A stretch of DNA of 64,000 nucleotides, from positions 64,001 to 128,000 of the IMG/VR virus record IMGVR_UViG_3300021963_000029; one strand, 5' to 3'. Below, piece by piece: positions 1 to 8,622 of this stretch. Below the pieces are notes generated by a model. The model was not told the DNA's origin. It saw only the letters and a program-made list of their open reading frames with translations, and did no database searches. Origin of the DNA: a virus. Each line of letters begins with the position of its first letter. The first letter of the stretch is position 1. A program made the position numbers and the translations under genes.

Positions 1-1343
1 TCAATTAATCTAACTGACTTACTATACTTAAACCTCCCACCGAACTTGTTTAAATCTGTAGAGTCTGAATAAGTCTGCAGAGATTTAACTACTTGTGATT
101 TTAGATCACTTACTGCACCAATAAAGTTTGAATTGTAGTAGATAGAAGATACTAGTTCTACATACAAAACATTAATGTCTACAAAGTTTGGTTGAATTCC
201 TGCTATACTGTATTTTTTGAGAGAAGCAAGAATAAACTCTTTAGTTTGCTCTGACAAATAATCAGAATTTTTTGGTTTTGCTGCTATGAATACCTTACCA
301 AACTGTGGTGGAGATAACTCTTCACCACCATATGCAGTTACTGACTCAATGTTTGGATAAATTGATGGTAATAATGCTTCATAATCTGCTGCTGTAACTG
401 CTCTGTACTGGGTTGAGTACATTCTTGGAGCATAATACCTAATAGACTCTATTGATTGAATATCATCACCATTATTTGCTGCTTCTGTGGTAATAACAAC
501 CCCAACACTAGATCCTAGATTGGACCCAGTATCAGATAAAACTGTACCAGAAAATACAAAATCAGAGGCACCATTGCCCTGCTTACCATTAGTTGTGATA
601 TATGATACTAAAACTTGATTATTGTTGACTAATTTTTTACCAAAGATTCCATCTCCAAAGAAAATTTCATATTTCTCATCTGAGATTTCTTGCACTAAAA
701 AGATTCTTGAGTTTGTATCAATGTTCAAAATATTATCAACAGGAACAAACTCTTGAGTTGTTGTTGACTGTATAGTATCTTTTACATTCACTCTAATTGT
801 AGAAGTGTCTATAAATGGGTTTGGTAAGATATACTTTTGGTTTGGTTGAGAAGTATCAACTATAAACTCTTTGGTGAGTAGAGTACCCTCATAGATGTTA
901 ACATCAAGGAATACTGCTTCTCCTTGACTAACACCAACTGTGATGTCTTCTGGGATTGAAAAAATATAACTTGTGTTATCTAAGTTACCAGTGCAAACAA
1001 TTCCTTTCTTTAAGGTTGCTGTTTTTACTGTTGAATTGATTCCAGTGATGTTAAAAGATATTTTTGCTGTTGCTGCTCTTCTTGATAGTGGAACATACCC
1101 TACATTCCTTGCTAAGGATACTACGTTCTCCCTTAAGGTGGCACTATCAATAAATGACTCATTAACCACCATGTTGGTGTTAAATGCAGTCAGGTAGGTA
1201 TTATAAGCAAGTACATCAATTAAGATTGAAAAGTTAGAACCTTCAAAATCAAAGTCAGTGAAGTTAGAGTTTGATCTTAAGTAATCTTTAATAGATGTTC
1301 TAATCTGATCAAAGTCTAGATTAGTGAATTGAGTAAATGCCAT
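1..1343 (-). CDS. gp6: Baseplate wedge subunit gp6 (N-terminal part; runs off window start; missing from ORF track)
   Basis: My translation from ATG 1343: MAFTQFTNLDFDQIRTSIKDYLRSNSNFTDFDFEGSNFSILIDVLAYNTY, the typical T4-like gp6 N-terminus; TAATG overlap with gp25 stop. Confidence 0.92.
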   Translation of the reverse strand, partial: MAFTQFTNLDFDQIRTSIKDYLRSNSNFTDFDFEGSNFSILIDVLAYNTYLTAFNTNMVVNESFIDSATLRENVVSLARNVGYVPLSRRAATAKISFNITGINSTVKTATLKKGIVCTGNLDNTSYIFSIPEDITVGVSQGEAVFLDVNIYEGTLLTKEFIVDTSQPNQKYILPNPFIDTSTIRVNVKDTIQSTTTQEFVPVDNILNIDTNSRIFLVQEISDEKYEIFFGDGIFGKKLVNNNQVLVSYITTNGKQGNGASDFVFSGTVLSDTGSNLGSSVGVVITTEAANNGDDIQSIESIRYYAPRMYSTQYRAVTAADYEALLPSIYPNIESVTAYGGEELSPPQFGKVFIAAKPKNSDYLSEQTKEFILASLKKYSIAGIQPNFVDINVLYVELVSSIYYNSNFIGAVSDLKSQVVKSLQTYSDSTDLNKFGGRFKYSKSVRLI

Positions 1344-1747
1344 TAGTATCTGGTTGGTTGTAATATGAATGTAACTAATTGTTGGGGAGCACTCAATCCA
1401 ACAATATCATAAATGATACTTACATCCATGGCATTATCATCTGGGAAAAGAGAAACTTCTACGTTTCTCAATCTAACTCTAGGTTCAAAGTTATTGATAA
1501 CTGTTTTGATTTCATCCTTTATGGGTTCTTCAACGCCAATGTCAGCAAGTTCAAAGAAATAATTTTCAACCTTAGAACCTAAAAGAGGATTAAAGAATCT
1601 CTCACCAACTCTAGTTCTCACTAGATTGATAACTGCCCTTTTAATAGCATCCTCGTTTGTTAATGAAATAATATCATTAGTAACTGGATTTCTCTTAAAA
1701 GACAGACTGATATCTTTAAATCCTCTTGAAACAGATTCTAAAGGCAC
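1343..1747 (-). CDS. gp25: Baseplate wedge subunit gp25
   Basis: DISLSFKRNPVTNDI...AIKRAVINLVRTRVGERFFNPLLGS...INNFEPRVRL, GPW/gp25 signature; next to gp6. Confidence 0.92.
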   Translation of the reverse strand: MPLESVSRGFKDISLSFKRNPVTNDIISLTNEDAIKRAVINLVRTRVGERFFNPLLGSKVENYFFELADIGVEEPIKDEIKTVINNFEPRVRLRNVEVSLFPDDNAMDVSIIYDIVGLSAPQQLVTFILQPTRY

Positions 1748-1769
1748 TTTTAGATCTAATATTTACTTG

Positions 1770-1776
1770 TATTTAT
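1770..1776 (-). promoter_or_regulatory. T4-type late promoter (ATAAATA) for gp25/gp6
   Basis: tatttat on plus strand, 23 nt upstream of gp25 ATG. Confidence 0.6.
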
Positions 1777-2009
1777 TGTGGTTTTCCATAAATTGGTTCA
1801 GTGCCATACTCCCAATCATCATAATCTTCATCATTTCTAATTCTTTCATGCATTTCTGCTTGTTCTTTTAGATGATGGTCAATATGAACCTCTTCATGAG
1901 CAATTTCTTTAAGAATTTTTTGAGGTTGACCATAATCTGTCACTAATTTTGTGGTTCCCCACATCTGATGCATGTAATTTGGGTCTCTATCTACTGGTAA
2001 ATTTGCCAT
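1773..2009 (-). CDS. Hypothetical cyanophage protein
   Basis: 78 aa ORF, tightly packed and co-oriented. Confidence 0.7.
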   Translation of the reverse strand: MANLPVDRDPNYMHQMWGTTKLVTDYGQPQKILKEIAHEEVHIDHHLKEQAEMHERIRNDEDYDDWEYGTEPIYGKPQ

Positions 2010-2039
2010 TTTTCCTAATTCTAAGTGAATTAGAACTTT

Positions 2040-2258
2040 TTACGGGGTTTCTATCCCGAAATTAGCAATATTTTCTCTATGAAAAGTTGAATTTTTTTGT
2101 ATTCTAATGTCGCAGTTCCTAAAAGTCCAACAGTACCCACCATTATCTAGGAAAACAACCCACTCAAGGTCATGTTCCTGTGATCTATCGATCAAAAAAA
2201 ATGCCCAGCCTGATCCTTTTGGGGTCAGAACTGGGATTTGTGGGTCAAGTTGGAGCAT
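2040..2258 (-). CDS. Hypothetical protein
   Basis: ATG 2258 overlaps upstream TGA (ATGA). Confidence 0.7.
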   Translation of the reverse strand: MLQLDPQIPVLTPKGSGWAFFLIDRSQEHDLEWVVFLDNGGYCWTFRNCDIRIQKNSTFHRENIANFGIETP

Positions 2259-2401
2259 CAATGCCCTTGACCTCTGTAACGCTTCTTCCTGCCATTACGA
2301 GAGGTGGCAGAGAGGTTAGTATGCTGAGAACAACCCTGACGAGTCTTCTTGGGTTTGTGCTCAATGACAACTTTGTTTGTCAGTGAAGGACGCTTTGCCA
2401 T
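2258..2401 (-). CDS. Small basic protein (47 aa; missing from ORF track)
   Basis: MAKRPSLTNKVVIEHKPKKTRQGCSQHTNLSATSRNGRKKRYRGQGH; AGGAG RBS upstream. Confidence 0.75.
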   Translation of the reverse strand: MAKRPSLTNKVVIEHKPKKTRQGCSQHTNLSATSRNGRKKRYRGQGH

Positions 2402-2403
2402 AA

Positions 2404-2568
2404 TTAAATCTCCTGTGTTCTTTCAAATTCTACCACAATATCCTCTGGATGGGGAGCCCCTGTCTCATAAAATTGTTGAGACAGGTCATCCATTACATCA
2501 AACATCTCTTCTTCAGAAAGATCTTTATAGATCGCTCTTCCATTGCAAAGGATGCTGTACTTATCCAT
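2404..2568 (-). CDS. Small acidic protein (54 aa; missing from ORF track)
   Basis: MDKYSILCNGRAIYKDLSEEEMFDVMDDLSQQFYETGAPHPEDIVVEFERTQEI; start overlaps upstream stop. Confidence 0.7.
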   Translation of the reverse strand: MDKYSILCNGRAIYKDLSEEEMFDVMDDLSQQFYETGAPHPEDIVVEFERTQEI

Positions 2569-3320
2569 CAGATAATCCTAGTCTTCTCGTGACCAACTCT
2601 AATTTGTGGATGACACCAAATGTCAAAACCACACTTTCTCTTAGCATCAAGACAGAATGAAACATCCTCTCCACACATGTCCTGAACCTCTCCAGAGTCA
2701 AAGACCTGCATTTGTGGAGCAAACCATGGATACTTCATTTCGGGGTGCTCAAAGACTCCCTTCTTGATGATAACCCAACCAAATCCAGTATAGTCTACAG
2801 TAAATGGTTTCTTTCTGTTGACAATGGTATCAACCATTTCATGATTCATGACTCCACCATTATTCTTGAAGTCATCTTCATCCAACCAATGTGCTACTGA
2901 AGTGGTTCTACCATCCTCTGTAGCATACCATCCACAGGCAATGTCCTTGTCCATGTCAAAGATTGCCCAGAAGGCATCTGTGTTGAATACAATGTCACTA
3001 TCAATCCAGAGTTGATAGTCATAATTTAGTTTACCTTGCCAGGGTTCTTGATCTGGTCCTGCAAGTACATTTGCCCCTAGGCATTTGCATCTTGCAAAGT
3101 TAACCATGGAAGAATAGTCTTGGGAGATCTGAATACTTGCTCCTGCCTGTACTAGATCAAAGCACAGTTGGACAAAGTTCTTCAGGAATGTATAGGATAC
3201 TCCTCTTCCTGGCAAACAAAATACAATAGTCTTTCCTCTAATCCTTTCTCTACACCTTTCAATATCAAAAAGTGGTTGTTGCTCTGGTTCTTTTGCTTTT
3301 ACAGTAAATCCTTTTGCCAT
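2568..3320 (-). CDS. Glycosyltransferase-like protein (GT-A fold)
   Basis: LWIDSDIVF DxD motif, TGFGWVIIKKGVF, GEDVSFC, VGHEK; typical GT2-like motifs. Confidence 0.75.
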   Translation of the reverse strand: MAKGFTVKAKEPEQQPLFDIERCRERIRGKTIVFCLPGRGVSYTFLKNFVQLCFDLVQAGASIQISQDYSSMVNFARCKCLGANVLAGPDQEPWQGKLNYDYQLWIDSDIVFNTDAFWAIFDMDKDIACGWYATEDGRTTSVAHWLDEDDFKNNGGVMNHEMVDTIVNRKKPFTVDYTGFGWVIIKKGVFEHPEMKYPWFAPQMQVFDSGEVQDMCGEDVSFCLDAKRKCGFDIWCHPQIRVGHEKTRII

Positions 3321-3548
3321 AAAATTTTATTCAAGTTGCGATGACGTACGTATCAACTCAAATGATACTGCACTATTTATTTTAAGTCAATCCACTTGTT
3401 TCCAAGCAGATACCAATTCATAACTCTATGGAGGAAAAACGGTTTTTTCTTCTTCCACAAACAAAATAATCCTGGATCTTCTGGATCATAATTAATGCTC
3501 CAGTGTCCTACATATCCTGATTCTCTCTGAGAATTATAAAAATCTCCA

Positions 3549-3887
3549 TCATTCATTGTTCTCTACATCCTCCATAAGTTCATCATAAGCTTCATTTAAA
3601 AATTTATCTATGTCATCTATTGGTACAGTCTTAACTTTACCAGTCCTAACATCTTCTGCCATTTGCATTAGATTTTCAAGGAATGCTTTAGGAAGAGTAT
3701 CATCTTCTCCTAGTTGTGACCAAAACCAATTATAACATTCTTCATAAGGATCATCATAGAACATGAGAGCATAATCCTTATAGTTGCCAGTCATCAAATC
3801 ACCCCAGATCCTAAAGGTTCCACGAATGTTTTGCCAACCAGTCATCCAACAGTGACCAATCCAATACTCAAACCAGTTCATTTTCAT
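3549..3887 (-). CDS. Hypothetical protein
   Basis: 112 aa, Trp-rich, co-oriented. Confidence 0.65.
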   Translation of the reverse strand: MKMNWFEYWIGHCWMTGWQNIRGTFRIWGDLMTGNYKDYALMFYDDPYEECYNWFWSQLGEDDTLPKAFLENLMQMAEDVRTGKVKTVPIDDIDKFLNEAYDELMEDVENNE

Positions 3888-3906
3888 ATGATAGAGAGAT
3901 ACGGCG

Positions 3907-4056
3907 CTAGAACTTCTTTTTATAATTATACTCTAAGGTAATCTTTCTACTCTCATTGTACTTATCTGCAACATAAGAGAATGTACAGTCTGCCCCAAAA
4001 TGATTGGCAAGCACCTGAATAATTTCTTGGAATAATTTCTGATTGTCTTCTGTCAT
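3907..4056 (-). CDS. Small hypothetical protein (49 aa)
   Basis: MTEDNQKLFQEIIQVLANHFGADC...; ATG overlaps upstream stop. Confidence 0.55.
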   Translation of the reverse strand: MTEDNQKLFQEIIQVLANHFGADCTFSYVADKYNESRKITLEYNYKKKF

Positions 4057-4259
4057 TTAAACCCCTTTGTTTTTTTCTGAGGTGGATCAATTACTTCAAT
4101 GTGACTCAACATGTTCCCTGGTGTGCCCCACCAAGTCCTCTGAGCATCTTCATAGTTATCAAAGACCACTGACTCACCATTGAATGCTACTACCTTGTAG
4201 AAGTGCCTCAAATAGGGGTCAGAGGATGTTTGAGTAAATGTACTAGTCATCACAATCAT
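4053..4259 (-). CDS. Hypothetical protein
   Basis: 68 aa ORF in packed operon. Confidence 0.65.
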   Translation of the reverse strand: MIVMTSTFTQTSSDPYLRHFYKVVAFNGESVVFDNYEDAQRTWWGTPGNMLSHIEVIDPPQKKTKGFK

Positions 4260-4401
4260 TCACAATTAAAAACTCCTTTACCTGAAAATCAGTAGAAAAC
4301 CCTGCACTAATCATCTGGGATATACCAGTGAGTGTCTTCTCACATTCCGAGAGACTACCTTCACAAAACACCCTGTCTCTTGCAATCAACTTGTAGACCA
4401 T
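4243..4401 (-). CDS. Small hypothetical protein (52 aa)
   Basis: MVYKLIARDRVFCEGSLSECEKTLTGISQMISAGFSTDFQVKEFLIVNDCDD. Confidence 0.6.
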   Translation of the reverse strand: MVYKLIARDRVFCEGSLSECEKTLTGISQMISAGFSTDFQVKEFLIVNDCDD

Positions 4402-4679
4402 TTTTACCCTGGGAAAATTTTTTTCTTATAATGGGACCCAAGTATATTTAATCCCTCCCACAGGCAAATTCCAATATAACTGAATTCATCCAAGGGGCTG
4501 GTCTCTGTCCCATACACATTCCTATAGAGCAACCTTACAGGACTTTTTTGACCCCAGAAAATTTTTTTAATCACTTGAAATAAAGCTCTTGTTTTCAAAG
4601 TTTTGTAGGTTAGGGTAGTTTGGATTTTTCGCATTACCCCACAAGGGGTAACATAATAACACAAAACACCTGCTAATTC

Positions 4680-4708
4680 ACTATAACATACCCACTGCAT
4701 TTTGTCAA
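4680..4708 (-). promoter_or_regulatory. Sigma70-type promoter
   Basis: TTGACA (4703-4708) - 17 nt - TATAGT (4680-4685). Confidence 0.7.
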
Positions 4709-4757
4709 CCCCTGTATTCACTGAGACCCACACATCTCATCACTGTTTTACATTGTG

Positions 4758-5055
4758 TTTTCCACATGTTTTCCACAATTATTCACAAGTTTTCCACAGG
4801 TATCTTATACTGAGTTTCACTGAGATTGTGTCACTCACTGGGATCTCACTGATTTACACTTAAGACCTGTGGAAAACTATCACTGTCAAGGGGCAATGTG
4901 CCAGTTCTGAGTGTTCCTGGGGGGTGTTGACATTTCTGAGGGTTTGTGATACAATGGGGGCCAAGATCACTAGACTCAGAGACATTTACTGACAATACAC
5001 TGAATTATACATAGTTTTCCACATTTTCCACAAAATAACACAAACCTGTGGAAAA
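4758..5055. promoter_or_regulatory. Cluster of 8 DnaA-box 9-mers in a non-coding island
   Basis: TTTTCCACA at 4758, 4769, 4790, 5015, 5024; TTATTCACA at 4779; reverse TGTGGAAAA at 4868, 5047. Confidence 0.8.
4927..4955 (+). promoter_or_regulatory. Sigma70-type promoter, opposite to the local gene direction
   Basis: TTGACA (4927-4932) - 17 nt - TACAAT (4950-4955), with extended TG. Confidence 0.75.
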
Positions 5056-5121
5056 CTCAACTACATTTATTTTGACATTTATTTGATTTCCCTAACATTG
5101 TGCGGAATGAACATTTAGGGG

Positions 5122-5325
5122 TTAAATGTCTTTCAGCACATGCCTATAATCAATGGATTTGATACACCAACCTGATGCACATGTGATCTCTTCAACTAGA
5201 TCTTCATCATCATCTGCTTCATAGATTTCCCCAACATAGAGAGAGGTTAGATGATCTTTATCAAATGGAGTTAGTGTATCATCCCCATCAAAATCAAACT
5301 CAATGTATGTAATTTGGAATTGCAT
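5122..5325 (-). CDS. Small acidic hypothetical protein
   Basis: 67 aa, early cluster. Confidence 0.65.
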   Translation of the reverse strand: MQFQITYIEFDFDGDDTLTPFDKDHLTSLYVGEIYEADDDEDLVEEITCASGWCIKSIDYRHVLKDI

Positions 5326-5326
5326 T

Positions 5327-5518
5327 TTATGCTTCTTGGATTAACTCAGGATAGTATTCTTCAATCTCACTTAGCAGTTCTTCATCACTATACATAGAGA
5401 GATTTTCTTCAAGTTGATCACCTACCAATCTCATCAGATCTTTGGTGCTCATGCTATCAATAATGCGATCAACATAAGATGAAACAAGTTGATCACGATT
5501 GGGGATTGGAATTGTCAT
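5327..5518 (-). CDS. Small acidic hypothetical protein
   Basis: 63 aa, early cluster. Confidence 0.65.
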   Translation of the reverse strand: MTIPIPNRDQLVSSYVDRIIDSMSTKDLMRLVGDQLEENLSMYSDEELLSEIEEYYPELIQEA

Positions 5519-5643
5519 TTAGTTTGTTGGAGTTTGTTAATTGCAGTGGTGATAGATGTGGTCAGCATGATACAAACATCTTGATCACAGACAGCATACA
5601 CAGGTTGCTTAGTGTTGATGTCAAAAGTGTACTTAATGGTCAT
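5515..5643 (-). CDS. Small hypothetical protein (42 aa)
   Basis: MTIKYTFDINTKQPVYAVCDQDVCIML...; ATGA coupling to next gene. Confidence 0.55.
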   Translation of the reverse strand: MTIKYTFDINTKQPVYAVCDQDVCIMLTTSITTAINKLQQTK

Positions 5644-5648
5644 TTGAG

Positions 5649-5852
5649 TTAATTATACCAGTGTGCTAATTGTGCAATTTCAGAAGCAACCTCACAGAGA
5701 TTATCTTCTGTCAAAAAGTTTAGATGATGTTGGATGTCTTCATCAGGAACATAGAACAAATCACCATTGATTTCTTGTGCCATTTGATCAGCAAGATTGA
5801 GGCACTTATCTACAAGATTATTCAACTCAATTCTCCTCACTGTGGAAGTCAA
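5649..5852 (-). CDS. Hypothetical protein
   Basis: 67 aa, early cluster. Confidence 0.6.
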   Translation of the reverse strand: MTSTVRRIELNNLVDKCLNLADQMAQEINGDLFYVPDEDIQHHLNFLTEDNLCEVASEIAQLAHWYN

Positions 5853-6114
5853 TCATCATCTCATTGATCTCATCATGGTTGATCAATTCATGATTCCAGG
5901 CAACACCATCATTGGTGGTCATTCTATCACAATTCTCCATGCACCTGATGAACTTATCATAGGGCATTTCATCATCATTTCTAAACTCTACACATGCAAC
6001 AGCAGTGTTATACAGAAACTGGTTGTTTTGCATCCACAGAGCAACATTCCAGGTTTCATAATTTGCCCAACCATTGTAAGTTTCTTGGGGCATTGCAGTG
6101 GTTTGATTTTTCAT
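5827..6114 (-). CDS. Phage hypothetical protein (YNGWANYETWNVALW motif), leaderless start
   Basis: Start moved to ATG 6114, which lies 6 nt after the -10 box. Confidence 0.7.
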   Translation of the reverse strand: MKNQTTAMPQETYNGWANYETWNVALWMQNNQFLYNTAVACVEFRNDDEMPYDKFIRCMENCDRMTTNDGVAWNHELINHDEINEMMIDFHSEEN

Positions 6115-6196
6115 ACATGTATGATAGCACAAAAAACCAGGAAAGTCAATAGGGGTTGTGCCAGTTCTTCAACTGGCACATGATGTCATTTAGTGG

Positions 6197-6376
6197 TCAA
6201 AAATCAAAGTCATCAGCATAATCATTGTCCATGATGTAGGCATCATCAGGCACAGGAACTTGATCCTCTTGAGTATCTACAACTGCATCCAATACAGTGA
6301 GAAGATCCTCACCAGTTTGTGCTTTGGAGAGCATAACCATGGCAGCAGTTTTAGGCAGGTTCAGAGTAGCAGTCAT
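6197..6376 (-). CDS. Small acidic protein (59 aa)
   Basis: MTATLNLPKTAAMVMLSKAQTGEDLLTVLDAVVDTQEDQVPVPDD... Confidence 0.6.
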   Translation of the reverse strand: MTATLNLPKTAAMVMLSKAQTGEDLLTVLDAVVDTQEDQVPVPDDAYIMDNDYADDFDF

Positions 6377-6419
6377 GAGTGAAATTAAAGGGTTGAAAGT
6401 GTAAAGAAAGAAGGGTTAA

Positions 6420-6860
6420 TCAAAAGTTTTTGGTGAACACAAAACCATCATTGAAGGCAAAATCATAATACAAATTGCGTTCCCATGTGGCAGTCCAATC
6501 AATCACAACAGGCACATCATCCAGGTTGGTGATGTAATGCTCACTGACATATTGCTCAGCAAATTGTTCCTCACTGTCATACTCTCCAAAGTATGCATCA
6601 CAGAAGTTTGCAATGGCATCAATACCAAACTCATCTACAAAAGCATCCACTGCTTCATAAGAATACTCCTCACCATACTTCACATAATCTTCATAATAGG
6701 CAAGGAAGTTATCATTACCATAGACCTGAATGAACTCAATCATGTCACCTTCATAGAAGTTTTCTTCCTTGAGTTCATTGATCTTTTCTTGCACATCATC
6801 AGAGATGGTGATGATAATGTTGGTCATTTCAGTGGTTTGGTTGGTGTTTTGATTTTTCAT
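6420..6860 (-). CDS. ArdA-like anti-restriction (DNA-mimic) protein
   Basis: Very acidic; C-terminal AYFGEYDSEEQFAEQYVSE...IDWTATWERNLYYDFAFNDGFVF resembles the ArdA C-terminal domain; leaderless early promoter. Confidence 0.6.
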   Translation of the reverse strand: MKNQNTNQTTEMTNIIITISDDVQEKINELKEENFYEGDMIEFIQVYGNDNFLAYYEDYVKYGEEYSYEAVDAFVDEFGIDAIANFCDAYFGEYDSEEQFAEQYVSEHYITNLDDVPVVIDWTATWERNLYYDFAFNDGFVFTKNF

Positions 6861-6914
6861 ACATGTATGATAGCACAGATTCCTTGAAAAATCAAGGGGT
6901 CTTGTGCCACTTTG

Positions 6915-7121
6915 TCAACTGGCACAGTCAACCTCAGTGATATATTGCTTCAGTGCTTCAATGTCATTTAGAACCATTTTTAGAGCAGATCTAGCATAAC
7001 CAGCAGCATAAGGATAACTCTTCTCATTGTCACTTACTGCCATCTCTGATTCAGAGATTGCCTTCTCACATGTGATAATGATTTTATTCAATTTAGACTC
7101 TACAATTTCATTCATTAACAT
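6915..7121 (-). CDS. Hypothetical protein
   Basis: 68 aa; the C-terminal codons overlap the promoter palindrome. Confidence 0.6.
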   Translation of the reverse strand: MLMNEIVESKLNKIIITCEKAISESEMAVSDNEKSYPYAAGYARSALKMVLNDIEALKQYITEVDCAS

Positions 7122-7387
7122 GCACCATAGAAAGGATTACCAAGTTGAGGCAGGTTAGTGTTATCTTTGACAAACACATAACCATATGCCAACCTCTCAC
7201 GAATAGCAAGTGCTTTCTCTACTCTGTTGAGGTACTTTTTAGACATAGTTTCAATGCCTTTCCATTCTAATACCTGCAAACACCATTCTTTTGATACATC
7301 ACCAAATGGAGTTTTTACAGGGTAAAATGACACAATCATTGTGCCATCTTTGGATTGAATTGTGGGGAAGTCAGTTGTCATAATCAA
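7115..7387 (-). CDS. Hypothetical protein
   Basis: 90 aa, early cluster. Confidence 0.65.
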   Translation of the reverse strand: MIMTTDFPTIQSKDGTMIVSFYPVKTPFGDVSKEWCLQVLEWKGIETMSKKYLNRVEKALAIRERLAYGYVFVKDNTNLPQLGNPFYGAC

Positions 7388-7590
7388 GCAGCAATAGCAG
7401 AGTACATGTTGATGGATTTGATTTCCATCAAAACATAATCATAATTCCAATTATGTTGCAAATCTTTTTTATATTGTTCAGCAGCAGATTTGCAGTCAAA
7501 CAGTTGCAGAGATTTGAAATCTTCACCCTCATAATCATGTCCACCAATGACAGAATACACTTGGGGTTGGTTGTTCATTTGTTTTTCCAT
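7384..7590 (-). CDS. Hypothetical protein, leaderless
   Basis: ATG 6 nt after TACCAT -10 box. Confidence 0.65.
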   Translation of the reverse strand: MEKQMNNQPQVYSVIGGHDYEGEDFKSLQLFDCKSAAEQYKKDLQHNWNYDYVLMEIKSINMYSAIAA

Positions 7591-7767
7591 ACATGTATGG
7601 TAGCACAGAATCCCTAGAAAGTCAATGGAGTCTGTGCCACTTCATCAACTGGCACATCATTATACTTTTCCGCATCAGTTCCGTGATACATGTAGTAAAT
7701 TGTGTTGTTCATGGTTATCATCATCAGCATGATAGTTCTTGATAACATGAAGTGATTGATTAGAGGA

Positions 7768-8238
7768 TCATTGATCACCATAGTCTGCCCAGAAAGCATC
7801 ATTGTGGGAGGGACGAATGCAGTCAACACCATGATCACGAATCACAGCAGCATTGTAAGGAGAATCATCAACCCAGAATTGAATATCCCAGAAACGCTCA
7901 ATGTCCATGAGTTGTTGACCCTTACACTGTGAACCAGTTGCATCATCATCAGTGTTCTTCATGTAGAGTGCATCAAACTCTGGCAAATGTTGTTGCAACC
8001 AGTACCCAGTTCCCTCTGCATAAATGTCAGGACGTGCAGTGGCAATAACTAGATCAAAACCATGAGATTTGCAGTGCTTTGCAACATCAACAACAGCATC
8101 AATAGCAGGGAATTGATCACACTCATCAAAACCAGATTGTGAACCATGATGACACAGAGTTGCATCAAGATCAAAAACAACGCACTTAGGATTGGAGACG
8201 TTGTAGATAACTTTGGAAAAGGATTTGGTTTTTTGCAT
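7768..8238 (-). CDS. HAD-superfamily phosphatase (PseT/PNKP phosphatase-like domain)
   Basis: VVFDLDATL motif I, ATAR motif II, K, WVDDSP motif IV; leaderless ATG 8238 after TATAAT. Confidence 0.8.
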   Translation of the reverse strand: MQKTKSFSKVIYNVSNPKCVVFDLDATLCHHGSQSGFDECDQFPAIDAVVDVAKHCKSHGFDLVIATARPDIYAEGTGYWLQQHLPEFDALYMKNTDDDATGSQCKGQQLMDIERFWDIQFWVDDSPYNAAVIRDHGVDCIRPSHNDAFWADYGDQ

Positions 8239-8622
8239 GTGTGTATTATAGGGCATTTTCAAGGATTTGTCAAGTGTTTTGTGCCACTAATACAAGTGGC
8301 ACATGGTATCACTAATTGGACTCAAGTTGTTCTAGTTGTGCATTAAGTTGCTGTGCATGAGTTTGTACAATGTTGAGACCAAAATCTAGGATGGTAGCAA
8401 CACCACTAAAACCAACAGTAGCAACAATCAGACCAGCAAAAAAGGTTTTCATAATTATACAGAAGGGGTGACAGAAATCTCTTTAATGTTTAATCCACAA
8501 AGTTGATTGTAGACACGATTGAGGATCAATTTATCAGCAGTTTTTGCCTTGCTTTTCTCATGCCAGATGGTCACACATCCATCATAAGTTTCAACTCTGA
8601 CTCTGTAGTTTTTCATGATCAA

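Noticed and set aside
4404-4733. 109 aa ORF in the non-coding island
   Set aside because: It starts on a GTG inside promoter sequence, crosses A/T tracts, and has an unprotein-like composition.
6158-6179. Cassette palindrome as an NtcA or CRP site
   Set aside because: It does not fit GTA-N8-TAC or TGTGA-N6-TCACA.
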